Assembly: GCA_964016885.1 (NCBI GenBank)
Contig: OZ024744.1
Coordinates: 11,594,001-11,658,000, forward strand
DNA from: Eledone cirrhosa
Taxonomy: Eukaryota
Reading direction: 5' to 3'
Length of the DNA stretch: 64,000 bases
Below the pieces are notes generated by a model. It did no database searches. It was not told the origin of the DNA and saw only the letters and a program-made list of their open reading frames with translations. Of the stretch, positions 1 through 14,250 are shown piece after piece; positions within the stretch are counted from its first letter, which is position 1, and the number at the start of each line of letters is the position of its first letter. The translations under genes and the position numbers were made by a program.

Positions 1-2455
1 ACTCCAATATGTCATGTTATACTCCAATATGTCGTTGTTATACTCCAATATGTCATGTTGTTGTACTCCAATATGTCGTATTGTTATACTCCAATATGTT
101 TTGATGTTGTACTCCAATATGTTGTGTTGTTGTACTCCAATATGTTGTGTAGTCGTACTCCAATATGTTGTATTGTTATACTCCAATATGTTGTGCTGTT
201 GTACTCCAATATGTTCTGTTGTTGTACTCCAATATATTGTGTTGTTGTACTCCAATATGTCGTGTTGTTGTACTCCAATATGTCGTGTTGTTGTACTCCA
301 ATATGTTGTGTTGTTGTACTCCAATATGTTGTGTTGTTGTACTCCAATATGTTGTGTTGTTATACTCCAATATGTTATGTTGTTGTACTCCAATATGTCA
401 TGTTGTTGTACTCCAATATGTTTTGATGTTGTACTCCAATATGTTGTGTTGTTGTACTCCAATGTGTTGTGTTGTTGTACTCCAATATGTTGTGCCGTTG
501 TACTCCAATATTTTTTTGTTTTTGTACTCCAAAATGTTGTGTTGTTATACTCCAATATGTTGTGTTGGTGTACTCCAATATGGTGTGCTGTTGTACTCCA
601 AATCTCGTGTTGTTATACTCCAATATGTTGTGTTGTTATACTCCAATATGGTGTGTTGTTGAACTCCAATATGTTGTATTGTTTTTCTCCAATATGTCAT
701 GTTATACTCCAATATGTTGTGTTGTTGTACTCCAATATGTCATGTTATTGTACTCCAGTATGTCTTGTTATACTCCAATATGTCGTGTTGCTGTACTCCA
801 ATATGTCATGCTGTTGTACTCCAATATTTCGTGTCGTTGTACTCCAATATGTTGTGCTTTTGTTCTCCAATATGTTTTGCTGTTGTACTCCACTGTGTTG
901 TGTTGTTGAACTCCAATATGTTGTGTTGTTGTTCTCCAATATTTTGTGCTGTTGTACTCCAATGTGTTGTGTTGTTATACTCCAATATGTTGTGTTGATT
1001 TACTCCAATATGTTGTGTTGTTGTACTCCAATCTGTTGTGTTGTTATACTCCAATATGTTGTGTTGTTATACTCCAATATGTTGTGTTGTTTTACTCCAA
1101 TATGTTGTGTTGTTGTACTCCAATATGTTGTGTTGTTGTACTCCAATATGTTGTGTTGTTGTAATCCAATATCTTGTGTTGTTATACTCCAATATTTTGT
1201 GTTGTTGTACTCCAATATGTTGTGTTGTTATACTCCAATATGTTGTGTTGTGATACTCCAATATGTTGTGCTGTTGTACTCCAATATGTTGTGTTGTTAT
1301 ACTCCAATATGTTGTGTTGTTTTACTCCAATATGTTGTGTTGTTGTACTCCAATATGTTGTATTGTTGTTCTCCAATATGTCATGTTATACTCCAATAAG
1401 TTGTGTTCTTGTACTCCAATATGTTGTGTTGTTGTACTCCAATATATCATGTTGTCGTACTCCAATATGTCATGTTATACTCCAATATGTCGTTGTTATA
1501 CTCCAATATGTCATGTTGTTGTACTCCAATATGTCGTATTGTTATACTCCAATATGTTTTGATGTTGTACTCCAATATGTTGTGTTGTTGTACTCCAATA
1601 TGTTGTGTAGTCGTACTCCAATATGTTGTATTGTTATACTCCAATATGTTGTGCTGTTGTACTCCAATATGTTCTGTTGTTGTACTCCAATATATTGTGT
1701 TGTTGTACTCCAATATGTCGTGTTGTTGTACTCCAATATGTCGTGTTGTTGTACTCCAATATGTTGTGTTGTTGTACTCCAATATGTTGTGTTGTTGTAC
1801 TCCAATATGTTGTGTTGTTATACTCCAATATGTTATGTTGTTGTACTCCAATATGTCATGTTGTTGTACTCCAATATGTTTTGATGTTGTACTCCAATAT
1901 GTTGTGTTGTTGTACTCCAATGTGTTGTGTTGTTGTACTCCAATATGTTGTGCCGTTGTACTCCAATATTTTTTTGTTTTTGTACTCCAAAATGTTGTGT
2001 TGTTATACTCCAATATGTTGTGTTGGTGTACTCCAATATGGTGTGCTGTTGTACTCCAAATCTCGTGTTGTTATACTCCAATATGTTGTGTTGTTATACT
2101 CCAATATGGTGTGTTGTTGAACTCCAATATGTTGTATTGTTTTTCTCCAATATGTCATGTTATACTCCAATATGTTGTGTTGTTGTACTCCAATATGTCA
2201 TGTTATTGTACTCCAGTATGTCTTGTTATACTCCAATATGTCGTGTTGCTGTACTCCAATATGTCATGCTGTTGTACTCCAATATTTCGTGTCGTTGTAC
2301 TCCAATATGTTGTGCTTTTGTACTCCAATATGTTTTGCTGTTGTACTCCACTGTGTTGTGTTGTTGAACTCCAATATGTTGTGTTGTTGTTCTCCAATAT
2401 TTTGTGCTGTTGTACTCCAATGTGTTGTGTTGTTATACTCCAATATGTTGTGTTG
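1..2455 (+). repeat. Tandem block duplication, period 1,458 bp (1-997 matches 1459-2455)
   Basis: Identical ORF-track entries are offset by 1458 (84/1542, 165/1623, 375/1833, 469/1927). I saw one mismatch (864 T vs 2322 A), and the match ends at 998 A vs 2456 T. The left end runs off the window. Confidence 0.9.
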
Positions 2456-3215
2456 TGATACTCCAATGTGTTGTGTTGTTGTACTCCAATATGTTGTGTT
2501 GTTGTACTCCAATATGTTGTGTTGTTATACACCAATGTGGTGTGCTGTTGTAATCCAATATGTTATGTTTTACTCCAATATGTTGTGTTGTTATACTCCA
2601 ATATGTAGTGTTGTTATACTCCAATATGTTGTGTTGTTGTACTCCAATCTGTTGTGTTATACTCCAATATGTTGTGTTGTTATACTCCAATATGTTGTGT
2701 CGTTATACTCCAATATGTTGTGTTGTTGTACTCCAATATGTTTATTGTTGTTCTCCAATATGTCATGCTATACTCCAATAAATTGTGTTCTTGTACTCCA
2801 ATATGTTTTGTTGTTGTACTCCAATATGTTGTGTTGTTGTACTCCAATATATCATGTTGTCGTACTCCAATATGTCATGTTATACTCCAATGTGTCGTTG
2901 TTATACTCCAATATGTCATGTTGCTATACTCCAACATGTCGTGTTGTAGTACTCCAATATGTTTTGATGTTGTACTCCAATATGTTGTGTTGTTGTACTC
3001 CAATATGTTGTGTTGTTGTACTCCAATATGTTGTGTTGTTATACTCCAATATGTTGTGCTGTTGTACTCCAATATGTCATGTTGTTGTACTCCGATATTT
3101 CGTGTTGTTCTACTCCAATATTTCGTGTTGTTGTACTCCAATATGTCGTGGTGTTGTACTCCAATATGTTTTGATGTTGTACTCCAATATGTCGTGTTGT
3201 TGTACTCCAATATGT
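950..3215 (+). repeat. Variant block repeated at ~13713-15978 (offset 12,763 or 12,671; two 92-bp, 4-monomer indels)
   Basis: ORF pairs 1000/13763 (12763), 1403/14074 and 1623/14294 (12671), 2226/14989 and 2654/15417 (12763). Shared rare monomers include ataaattgtg, actccgatat and gtagtactcc. Confidence 0.85.
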
Positions 3216-5689
3216 AGTGTTGTTTATACTCCAATATGTTTTGCTGTTGTACTCCAATATGTTGTGTTGCTGTACTCCTATATGTTGTGTTGTTATTCTC
3301 CAATATGTTGTGCTGTTGTACTCCAATGTGTTGTGTTGTTATACTCCAATATGTTGTGTTGATTTACTCCAATATGTTGTGTTGTTGTACTCCAATCTGT
3401 TGTGTTGTTATACTCCAATGTGTTGTGTTGTTATACTCCAATATGTTGTGTTGTTGTAGTCCAATATGTTGTGTTGTCGTACTCCAATATGTTGTGTTGT
3501 TATACTCCAATATTTCGTGTGGTTGTACTCCAATATGTCATGGTGTTGTACTTCAATATGTCGTGTTGTTGTACTCCAATATGTTGTCTTGCTGTACTCC
3601 AATATGTTGTGTTGTTGTACTCCAATATCTTGTGTTCTTATACTCCAATATGTTGTGTTGTTATACTCCAATATGTTGTGTTGTTGTACTCCAATATGTT
3701 GTGCTGTTTTACTCCAATATGTTGTGTTGTTGTACTCCAATATGTTGTATTGTTTTTCTCCAATATGTCATGTTATACTCCAATAAGTTGTGTTCTTGTA
3801 CTCCAATATGTTGTGTTGTTGTACTCCAATATATCATGTTGTCGTACTCCAATATGTCATGTTATACTCCAATATGTCATTGTTGTACTCCAATATGTCG
3901 TGTTGTTGTACTCCAATATGTCGTGTTGTTGTACTCCAATATGTTGTGTTGTTGTACTCCAATATGTTGTGTTGTTGTACTCCAATATGTTGTGTTGTTA
4001 TACTCCAATATGTTATGTTGTTGTACTCCAATATGTCATGTTGTTGTACCCCAATATGTTTTGATGTTGTACTCCAATATGTTGTGTTGTTGTACTCCAA
4101 TATGTTTTGATGTTGTAGTCCAATATGTTGTGTTGTTGTACTCCAATATGTTGTGTAGTCGTACTCCAATATGTTGTGTTGTTGTACTCCAATATGCTGT
4201 GATGTTGTACTCCAATATGACGTGCTGTTGTACTCCAATGCGTTGTGTTGTTGTACTCCAATATGCTGTGTTGTTATACTCCAATATGTTGTGTTGTTGT
4301 ACTCCAATGTGTTGTGTTGTTGTACTCCAATATGTTGTGTTGTTGTAATCCAATATCTTGTGTAGTTATACTCCAATATGTTGTGCTGTTGTACTCCAAT
4401 ATGTTGAGTTGTTATACTCCAATATGTAGTGTTGTTATACTCCAATATGTTGTGTTGTTGTACTCCAATCTGTTGCGTTATACTCCAATATGTTGTGTTG
4501 TTATACTCCAATATGTTGTGTTGTTATACTCCAATATGTTGTGTTGTTTTACTCCAATATGTTGTATTGTTGATCTCCAATATGTCATATTATACTCCAA
4601 TAAGTTGTGTTCTTGTACTCCAATATGTGTTGTTGTTGTACTCCAATATGTTGCGTTGTTGTACTCCAATATATCATGTTGTCGTACTCCAATATGTCAT
4701 GTTATACTCCAATATGTTTTGATGCTGTACTCCAATATGTTGTGTTGTTGTACTACAATATGTTGTGTTGTTGTACTCCAATATGTTGTGTTGTTATACT
4801 CCAATATGTTGTGCTGTTGTACTCCAATATGTTGTGTTGTTATACTCCAATATGTAGTGTTGTTATACTCCAATATGTTGTGTTGTTGTACTCCAATCTG
4901 TTGTGTTGTTATACTCCAATATATTGTGTTGTTATACTCCAATATGTTGTGTTGTTTTACTCCAATATGTTGTGTTGTTGTACTCCAATATGTTGTATTG
5001 TTGTTCTCCAATATGTCATGTTATACTCCAATAAGTTGTGTTCTTGTACTCCAATATGTTGTGTTGTTGTACTCCAATATGTTGTGTTGTTGTACTCCAA
5101 TATATCATGTTGTCGTACTCCAATATGTCATGTTATACTCCAATATGTCGTTGTTATACTCCAATATGTCGTTGTTATACTCCAATATGTCATGATGTTG
5201 TACTCCAATATGTCGTGTTCTTGTACTCCAATATGTCGTGTTGTCGTACTCCAATATGTTTGTTGTTGTACTCCAATATGTTGTGTTGTTATACTCCAAT
5301 ATGTTGTGTTGTTGTACTCCAATATTTCGTGTTGTTGTACTCCAATACGTCGTGTTGTACTCCAATATGTTATGTTGTTGTACTCCAATGTGTCTTGTTG
5401 TTGTACTCCAATATGTTTTGATGTTGTACTCCAATATGTTGTGTTGTTGTACTCCAATATGTTTTGATGTTGTACTCCAATATGTTGTGTTGTTGTACTC
5501 CAATATGTTATGTAGTCGTATTCCAATATGTTGTGTTGTTGTACTCTAACATGTTTTGTTGTTATTCTCCAATATGTTGTGATGTTGTACTCCAATGTGT
5601 TGTGTTGTTGTACTCCAATGTGATGTGTTGTTGTACTCCAATATGTTGTGCTGTTGTACTCCAATATTTTTTGTTTTTTGTACTCCAAT

Positions 5690-8600
5690 ATGTTGTGTTG
5701 TTATACTCCAATATGTTGTGTTGTTATACTCCAATATGGTGTGTTGTTGTACTCCAATATGTTGTATTGTTTTCTCCAATATGTCATGTTATACTCCAAT
5801 ATGGTGTGTTCGTGTACTCCAATATGTTGTGTTATTGTACTCCAATATGTTGCGTTGTTGTACTCCAATATGTTGTGTTGTTATACTCCAATATGTCGTG
5901 TGGCTGTACTCCAATATGTCATGTTGTTGTACTCCAATATGTCTTGTTATAGTCCAATATGTCGTGTTGTTGTACTCCAATATATCATGTAGTTGTACTC
6001 CAATATTTCGTGTTGTTGTACCCCAATATGTAGTGTTGTTTATACTCCAATATATTTTGCTGTTGTACTCCAATATGTTGTGTTGCTGTACTCCTATATG
6101 TTGTGTTGTTATTCTCCAATATGTTGTGCTGTTGTACTCCAATGTGTTGTGTTGTTATACTCCAATGTGTTGTGTTGTTATACTCCAATATGTTGTGTTG
6201 TTGTAGTCCAATATGTTGTGTTGTCGTACTCCAATATGTTGTGTTGTTATACTCCAATATTTCGTGTGGTTGTACTCCAGTATGTCATGGTGTTGTACTT
6301 CAATATGTCGTGTTGTTGTACTCCAATATGTTGTCTTGTTGTACTCCAATCTGTTGTATTGTTGTACTTCAATATGTTCTGTTGTTGTACTCCAATATAT
6401 TGTGTTGTTGTACTCCAATATGTTGTGTTGTTGTACTCCAATATGCTGTGTTGTTGTACTCCAATATGTTGTGTTGTTGTACTCCAATATGTTGTGTTGT
6501 TGTACTCCAATATCTTGTGTTCTTATACTCCAATATGTTGTGTTGTTGTACTCCAATATGTTGTGTTGTTGTACTCCAATATGTTGTGCTGTTGTACTCC
6601 AATATGATGTGCTGTTATACTCCAATATGTTGTGTTGTTGTACTCCAATGTGTTGTGTTGTTGTACTCCAATATGTTGTGCCGTTGTACTCCAATATTTT
6701 TTTTGTACTCCAAAATGTTGTGTTGTTATACTCCAATATGTTGTGTTGGTGTACTCCAATATGGTGTGCTGTTGTACTCCAAATCTCGTGTTGTTATACT
6801 CCAATGTGTTGTGTTGTTATACTCCAATATGGTGTGTTGTTGAACTCCAATATGTTGTATTGTTTTTCTCCAATATGTCATGTTATACTCCAATATGTCG
6901 TGTTGCTGTACTCCAATATGTCATGCTGTTGTACTCCAATATGTTTTGCTGTTGTACTCCACCGTGTTGTGTTGTTGAACTCCAATACGTTGTGTTGTTG
7001 TTCTCCAATATTTTGTGCTGTTGTACTCCAATTTGTGTTGTTGTACTCCAATATGTTGTGTTGTTGTACTCCAATATGTTGTGTTGTTGTACTCCAATAT
7101 GTTGTGTTGTTACACTCCAATATGTTGTGCTATTGTACTCCAATATTTCGTGTTGTTGTACTCCAATACGTCGTGTTGTTGTACTCCAATATGTTTTGAT
7201 GTTGTACTCAAATATGTTGTGTTGTTGTACTCCAATATGTTTTTATGTTGTACTCCAATATGTTGTGTTGTTGTACTCCAATATGTTGTGTAGTCTTACT
7301 CCAATATGTTGTGTTGTTGTACTCCAATATGCTGTGATGTTGTACTCCAATATGATGTGATGTTGTACTCCAATGCGTTGTGTTGTTGTACTCCAATGTG
7401 ATGTGTTGTTGTACTCCAATATGTTGTGCCATTGTACTCCAATATTTTTTATATTTGTACTCCAATATGTTGTGTTGTTATACTCCAATATGTTGTGCTG
7501 TTGTACTCCAAATCTCGTGTTGTTATACTCCAATGTGTTGTGTTGTTATACTCCAATATGGTGTGTTGTTGTAGTCCAATATGTTGTATTGTTTTTTTCC
7601 AATATGTCATGTTATACTCCAATATGTTGTGTTCGTGTACTCCAATATGTTGTGTTATTGTACTCCAATATGTTGCGTTGTTGTACTCCAATATGTTGTG
7701 TTGTTATACTCCAATATGTTGTGTTGTTGTACTGCAATATGTTGTCTTGTTGTACTCCAAAAGGCCATGTTATCGTACTCCAATATGTCTTGTTATACTC
7801 CAATATGTCGTGTGGCTGTACTCCAATATGTCATGTTGTTGTACTCCAATATGTCTTGTTATAGTCCAATATGTCGTGTTGTTGTACTCCAATATGTCAT
7901 GTAGTTGTATTCCAATATTTCGTGTTGTTGTACCCCAATATGTCGTGTTGTTTATACTCCAATATGTTTTGCTGTTGTACTCCAATATGTTGTGTTGCTG
8001 TATTCCAATATGTTGTGTTGTTATTCTCCAATATGTTGTGCTGTTGTACTCCAATGTGTTATGTTGTTATACTCCAATATGTTGTGCTGTGCTACTCCAA
8101 TATATTGTGTTGTTGTACTCCAATGTGTTGTGTTGTTATACTCCAATATGTTGTGTTGATTTACTCCAATATGTTGTGTTGTTGTACTCCAATCTGTTGT
8201 GTTGTTATACTCCAATATGTTGTGTTGTTATACTCCAATATGTTGTATTGTTTTACTCCAATATGTTGTGTTGTTGTACTCCAATATGTTGTGTTGTTGT
8301 ACTCCAATATGTTGTGTTGTTGTAATCCAATATCTTGTGTTGTTATACTCCAATATGTTGTGTTGTTGTACTCCAATATGTTGTGTTGTTATACTCCAAT
8401 ATGTTGTGTTGTGATACTCCAATATGTTGTGCTGTTGTACTCCAATATGTTGTGTTGTTATACTCCAATATGTTGTGTTGTTTTACTCCAATATGTTGTG
8501 TTGTTGTACTCCAATATGTTGTATTGTTGTTCTCCAATATGTCATGTTATACTCCAATAAGTTGTGTTCTTGTACTCCAATATGCTGTGTTGTTGTACTC

Positions 8601-11600
8601 CAATATATCATGTTGTCGTACTCCAATATGTCATGTTATACTCCAATATGTCGTTGTTATACTCCAATATGTCATGTTGTTGTACTCCAATATGTCGTAT
8701 TGTTATACTCCAATATGTTTTGATGTTGTACTCCAATATGTTGTGTAGTCGTACTCCAATATGTTGTATTGTTATACTCCATTATGTTGTGCTGTTGTAC
8801 TCCAATATGTTCTGTTGTTGTACTCCAATATATTGTGTTGTTGTACTCCAATATGTCGTGTTGTTGTACTCCAATATGTCGTGTTGTTGTACTCCAATAT
8901 GTTGTGTTGTTGTACTCCAATATGTTGTGTTGTTGTACTCCAATATGTTGTATTGTTATACTCCAATATGTTATGTTGTACTCCAATATGATGTGCTGTT
9001 GTACTCCAATGCGTTGTGTTGTTGTACTCCAATATGCTGTGTTGTTATACTCCAATATGTTGTGTTGTTGTACTCCAATATGTTGTGTTGTTGTACTCCA
9101 ATATGTTGTGTTGTTGTAATCCAATATCTTGTGTTGTTATACTCCAATATGTTGTGCTGTTGTACTCCAATATGTTGAGTTGTTATACTCCAATATGTAG
9201 TGTTGTTATACTCCAATATGTTGTGTTGTTGTACTCCAATCTGTTGCGTTATACTCCAATATGTTGTGTTGTTATACTCCAATATGTTGTGTTGTTATAC
9301 TCCAATATGTTGTGTTGTTTTACTCCAATATGTTGTATTGTTGATCTCCAATATGTCATATTATACTCCAATAAGTTGTGTTCTTGTACTCCAATATGTG
9401 TTGTTGTTGTACTCCAATATGTTGCGTTGTTGTACTCCAATATATCATGTTGTCGTACTCCAATATGTCATGTTATACTCCAATATGTTTTGATGCTGTA
9501 CTCCAATATGTTGTGTTGTTGTACTACAATATGTTGTGTTGTTGTACTCCAATATGTTGCGTTGTTATACTCCAATATGGTGTGCTGTTGTACTCCAATA
9601 TGTTGTGTTGTTATACTCCAATATGTAGTGTTGTTATACTCCAATATGTTGTGTTGTTGTACTCCAATCTGTTGTGTTGTTATACTCCAATATATTGTGT
9701 TGTTATACTCCAATATGTTGTGTTGTTTTACTCCAATATGTTGTGTTGTTGTACTCCAATATGTTGTGTTCTTGTACTCCAATATGTCGTGTTGTCGTAC
9801 TCCAATATGTTGTGTTGTTATACTCCAATATGTTGTGCTGTTGTACTCCAATATGTTGTGTTGTTGTACTCCAATATGTTGTGTTGTTATACTCCAATAT
9901 GTTGTGCTGTTGTACTCCAATATTTCGTGTTGTTGTACTCCAATACGTCGTGTTGTACTCCAATATGTTGTGTTGTTATACTCCAATATGTTATGTTGTT
10001 GTACTCCAATGTGTCTTGTTGTTGTACTCCAATATGTTTTGATGTTGTACTCCAATATGTTTTGTTGTTATTCTCCAATATGTTGTGATGTTGTACTCCA
10101 ATGTGTTGTGTTGTTGTACTCCAATGTGATGTGTTGTTGTACTCCAATATGTTGTGCTGTTGTACTCCAATATTTTTTGTTTTTTGTACTCCAATATGTT
10201 GTGTTGTTATACACCAATATGTTGTGTTGTTATACTCCAATATGGTGTGTTGTTGTACTCCAATATGTTGTATTGTTTTCTCCAATATGTCATGTTATAC
10301 TCCAATATGGTGTGTTCGTGTACTCCAATATGTTGTGTTATTGTACTCCAATATGTTGCGTTGTTGTACTCCAATATGTTGTGTTGTTATACTCCAATAT
10401 GTCGTGTGGCTGTACTCCAATATGTCATGTTGTTGTACTCCAATATGTCTTGTTATAGTCCAATATGTCGTGTTGTTGTACTCCAATATATCATGTAGTT
10501 GTACTCCAATATTTCGTGTTGTTGTACCCCAATATGTAGTGTTGTTTATACTCCAATATGTTTTGCTGTTGTACTCCAATATGTTGTGTTGCTGTACTCC
10601 TATATGTTGTGTTGTTATTCTCCAATATGTTGTGCTGTTGTACTCCAATGTGTTGTGTTGTTATACTCCAATGTGTTGTGTTGTTATACTCCAATATGTT
10701 GTGTTGTTGTAGTCCAATATGTTGTGTTGTTATACTCCAATATTTCGTGTGGTTGTACTCCAATATGTCATGGTGTTGTACTTCAATATGTCGTGTTGTT
10801 GTACTCCAATATGTTGTCTTGTTGTACTCCAATCTGTTGTATTGTTGTACTTCAATATGTTCTGTTCATGTACTCCAATATATTGTGTTGTTGTACTCCA
10901 ATATGTTGTGTTGTTGTACTCCAATATGCTGTGTTGTTGTACTCCAATATGTTGTGCTTTTGTACTCCAATATGTTTTGCTGTTGTACTCCACTGTGTTG
11001 TGTTGTTGAACTCCAATATGTTGTGTTGTTGTTCTCCAATATTTTGTGCTGTTGTACTCCAATATGTTGTGTTGTTGTACTCCAATATGTTTTGATGTTG
11101 TACTCCAATATGTTGTGTTGTTGTACTCCAATATGTTGTGTAGTCGTATTCCAATATGTTGTGTTGTTATACACCAATGTGGTGTGCTGTTGTAATCCAA
11201 TATGTTATGTTGTACTCCAATATGTTGTGTTGTTATACTCCAATATGTAGTGTTGTTATACTCCAATATGTTGTGTTGTTGTACTCCAATCTGTTGTGTT
11301 ATACTCCAATATGTTGTGTTGTTATACTCCAATATGTTGTGTTGTTATACTCCAATATGGTGTGTTGTTGTACTCCAATATGTTGTATTGTTTTCTCCAA
11401 TATGTCATGTTATACTCCAATATGGTGTGTTCGTGTACTCCAATATGTTGTGTTATTGTACTCCAATATGTTGCGTTGTTGTACTCCAATATGTTGTGTT
11501 GTTATACTCCAATATGTCGTGTGGCTGTACTCCAATATGTCATGTTGTTGTACTCCAATATGTCTTGTTATAGTCCAATATGTCGTGTTGTTGTACTCCA

Positions 11601-14250
11601 ATATATCATGTAGTTGTACTCCAATATTTCGTGTTGTTGTACCCCAATATGTAGTGTTGTTTATACTCCAATATGTTTTGCTGTTGTACTCCAATATGTT
11701 GTGTTGCTGTACTCCTATATGTTGTGTTGTTATTCTCCAATATGTTGTGCTGTTGTACTCCAATGTGTTGTGTTGTTATACTCCAATGTGTTGTGTTGTT
11801 ATACTCCAATATGTTGTGTTGTTGTAGTCCAATATGTTGTGTTGTCGTACTCCAATATGTTGTGTTGTTATACTCCAATATTTCGTGTGGTTGTACTCCA
11901 ATATGTCATGGTGTTGTACTTCAATATGTCGTGTTGTTGTACTCCAATATGTTGTCTTGTTGTACTCCAATCTGTTGTATTGTTGTACTTCAATATGTTC
12001 TGTTGTTGTACTCCAATATATTGTGTTGTTGTACTCCAATATGTTGTGTTGTTGTACTCCAATATGCTGTGTTGTTGTACTCCAATATGTTGTGTTGTTG
12101 TACTCCAATATGTTGTGTTGTTGTACTCCAATATCTTGTGTTCTTATACTCCAATATGTTGTGTTGTTATACTCCAATATGTTGTGTTGTTGTACTCCAA
12201 TATGTTGTGCTGTTGTACTCCAATATGATGTGCTGTTGTACTCCAATATGCTGTGTTGTTGTACTCCAATGTGTTGTGTTGTTGTACTCCAATATGTTGT
12301 GCCGTTGTACTCCAATATTTTTTTGTTTTTGTACTCCAAAATGTTTGTTGTTATACTCCAATATGTTGTGTTGGTGTACTCCAATATGGTGTGCTGTTGT
12401 ACTCCAAATCTCGTGTTGTTATACTCCAATGTGTTGTGTTGTTATACTCCAATATGGTGTGTTGTTGAACTCCAATATGTTGTATTGTTTTTCTCCAATA
12501 TGTCATGTTATACTCCAATATGTCGTGTTGCTGTACTCCAATATGTCATGCTGTTGTACTCCAATATGTTTTGCTGTTGTACTCCACCGTGTTGTGTTGT
12601 TGAACTCCAATACGTTGTGTTGTTGTTCTCCAATATTTTGTGCTGTTCTACTCCAATTTGTGTTGTTGTACTCCAATATGTTGTGTTGTTGTACTCCAAT
12701 ATGTTGTGTTGTTGTACTCCAATATGTTGTGTTGTTATACTCCAATATGTTGTGCTGTTGTACTCCAATATTTCGTGTTGTTGTACTCCAATACGTCGTG
12801 TTGTTGTACTCCAATATGTTTTGATGTTGTACTCAAATATGTTGTGTTGTTGTACTCCAATATGTTTTCATGTTGTACTACAATATGTTGTGTTGTTGTA
12901 CTCCAATATGTTGTGTAGTCTTACTCCAATATGTTGTGTTGTTGTACTCCAATATTCTGTGATGTTGTACTCCAATATGATGTGATGTTGTACTCCAATG
13001 CGTTGTGTTGTTGTACTCCAATGTGATGTGTTGTTGTACTCCAATATGTTGTGCCATTGTACTCCAATATTTTTTATATTTGTACTCCAATATGTTGTGC
13101 TGTTGTACTCCAAATCTCGTGTTGTTATACTCCAATGTGTTGTGTTGTTATACTCCAATATGGTGTGTTGTTGTAGTCCAATATGTTGTATTGTTTTTTT
13201 CCAATATGTCATGTTATACTCCAATATGTTGTGTTCGTGTACTCCAATATGTTGTGTTATTGTACTCCAATATGTTGCGTTGTTGTACTCCAATATGTTG
13301 TGTTGTTATACTCCAATATGTTGTGTTGTTGTACTCCAATATGTTGTCTTGTTGTACTCCAAAAGGCCATGTTATCGTACTCCAATATGTGTTGTTATAC
13401 TCCAATATGTCGTGTGGCTGTACTCCAATATTTCATGTTGTTGTACTCCAATATGTCTTGTTATAGTCCAATATGTCGTGTTGTTGTACTCCAATATGTC
13501 ATGTAGTTGTATTCCAATATTTCATGTTGTTGTACCCCAATATGTCGTGTTGTTTATACTCCAATATGTTTTGCTGTTGTACTCCAATATGTTGTGTTGC
13601 TGTATTCCAAGATGTTGTGTTGTTATTCTCCAATATGTTGTGCTGTTGTACTCCAATGTGTTATGTTGTTATACTCCAATATGTTGTGCTGTGCTACTCC
13701 AATATATTGTGTTGTTGTACTCCAATGTGTTGTGTTGTTATACTCCAATATGTTGTGTTGATTTACTCCAATAGGTTGTGTTGTTGTACTCCAATCTGTT
13801 GTGTTGTTATACTCCAATATGTTGTGTTGTTATACTCCAATATGTTGTGTTGTTTTACTCCAATATGTTGTGTTGTTGTACTCCAATATGTTGTGTTGTT
13901 GTACTCCAATATGTTGTGTTGTTGTAATCCAATATCTTGTGTTGTTATACTCCAATATGTTGTGTTGTTGTACTCCAATATGTTGTGTTGTTATACTCCA
14001 ATATGTTGTGTTGTGATACTCCAATATGTTGTATTGTTGTTCTCCAATATGTCATGTTATACTCCAATAAGTTGTGTTCTTGTACTCCAATATGTTGTGT
14101 TGTTGTACTCCAATATATCATGTTGTCGTACTCCAATATGTCATGTTATACTCCAATATGTCGTTGTTATACTCCAATATGTCATGTTGTTGTACTCCAA
14201 TATGTCGTATTGTTATACTCCAATATGTTTTGATGTTGTACTCCAATATG
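5690..14250 (+). repeat. Paralogous blocks ~5690-8740 and ~11310-14250 (offset ~5.5-5.6 kb)
   Basis: ORF pairs 5789/11410 and 5993/11614 (5621), 6883/12508 and 7373/12998 (5625), 7581/13183 (5602), 8564/14074 (5510). The rare monomer ccaaaaggccatgttatcgt occurs at ~7757 and ~13359. Confidence 0.85.

Noticed and set aside
506-530. T-rich tracts (atatttttttgtttttgt; also ~5665, 6695, 19285, 40378) as terminators or retroposon poly(A) tails
   Set aside because: They are in-phase monomers with G>T substitutions, with no hairpin or target-site duplication. Length differences between copies may be homopolymer sequencing errors.
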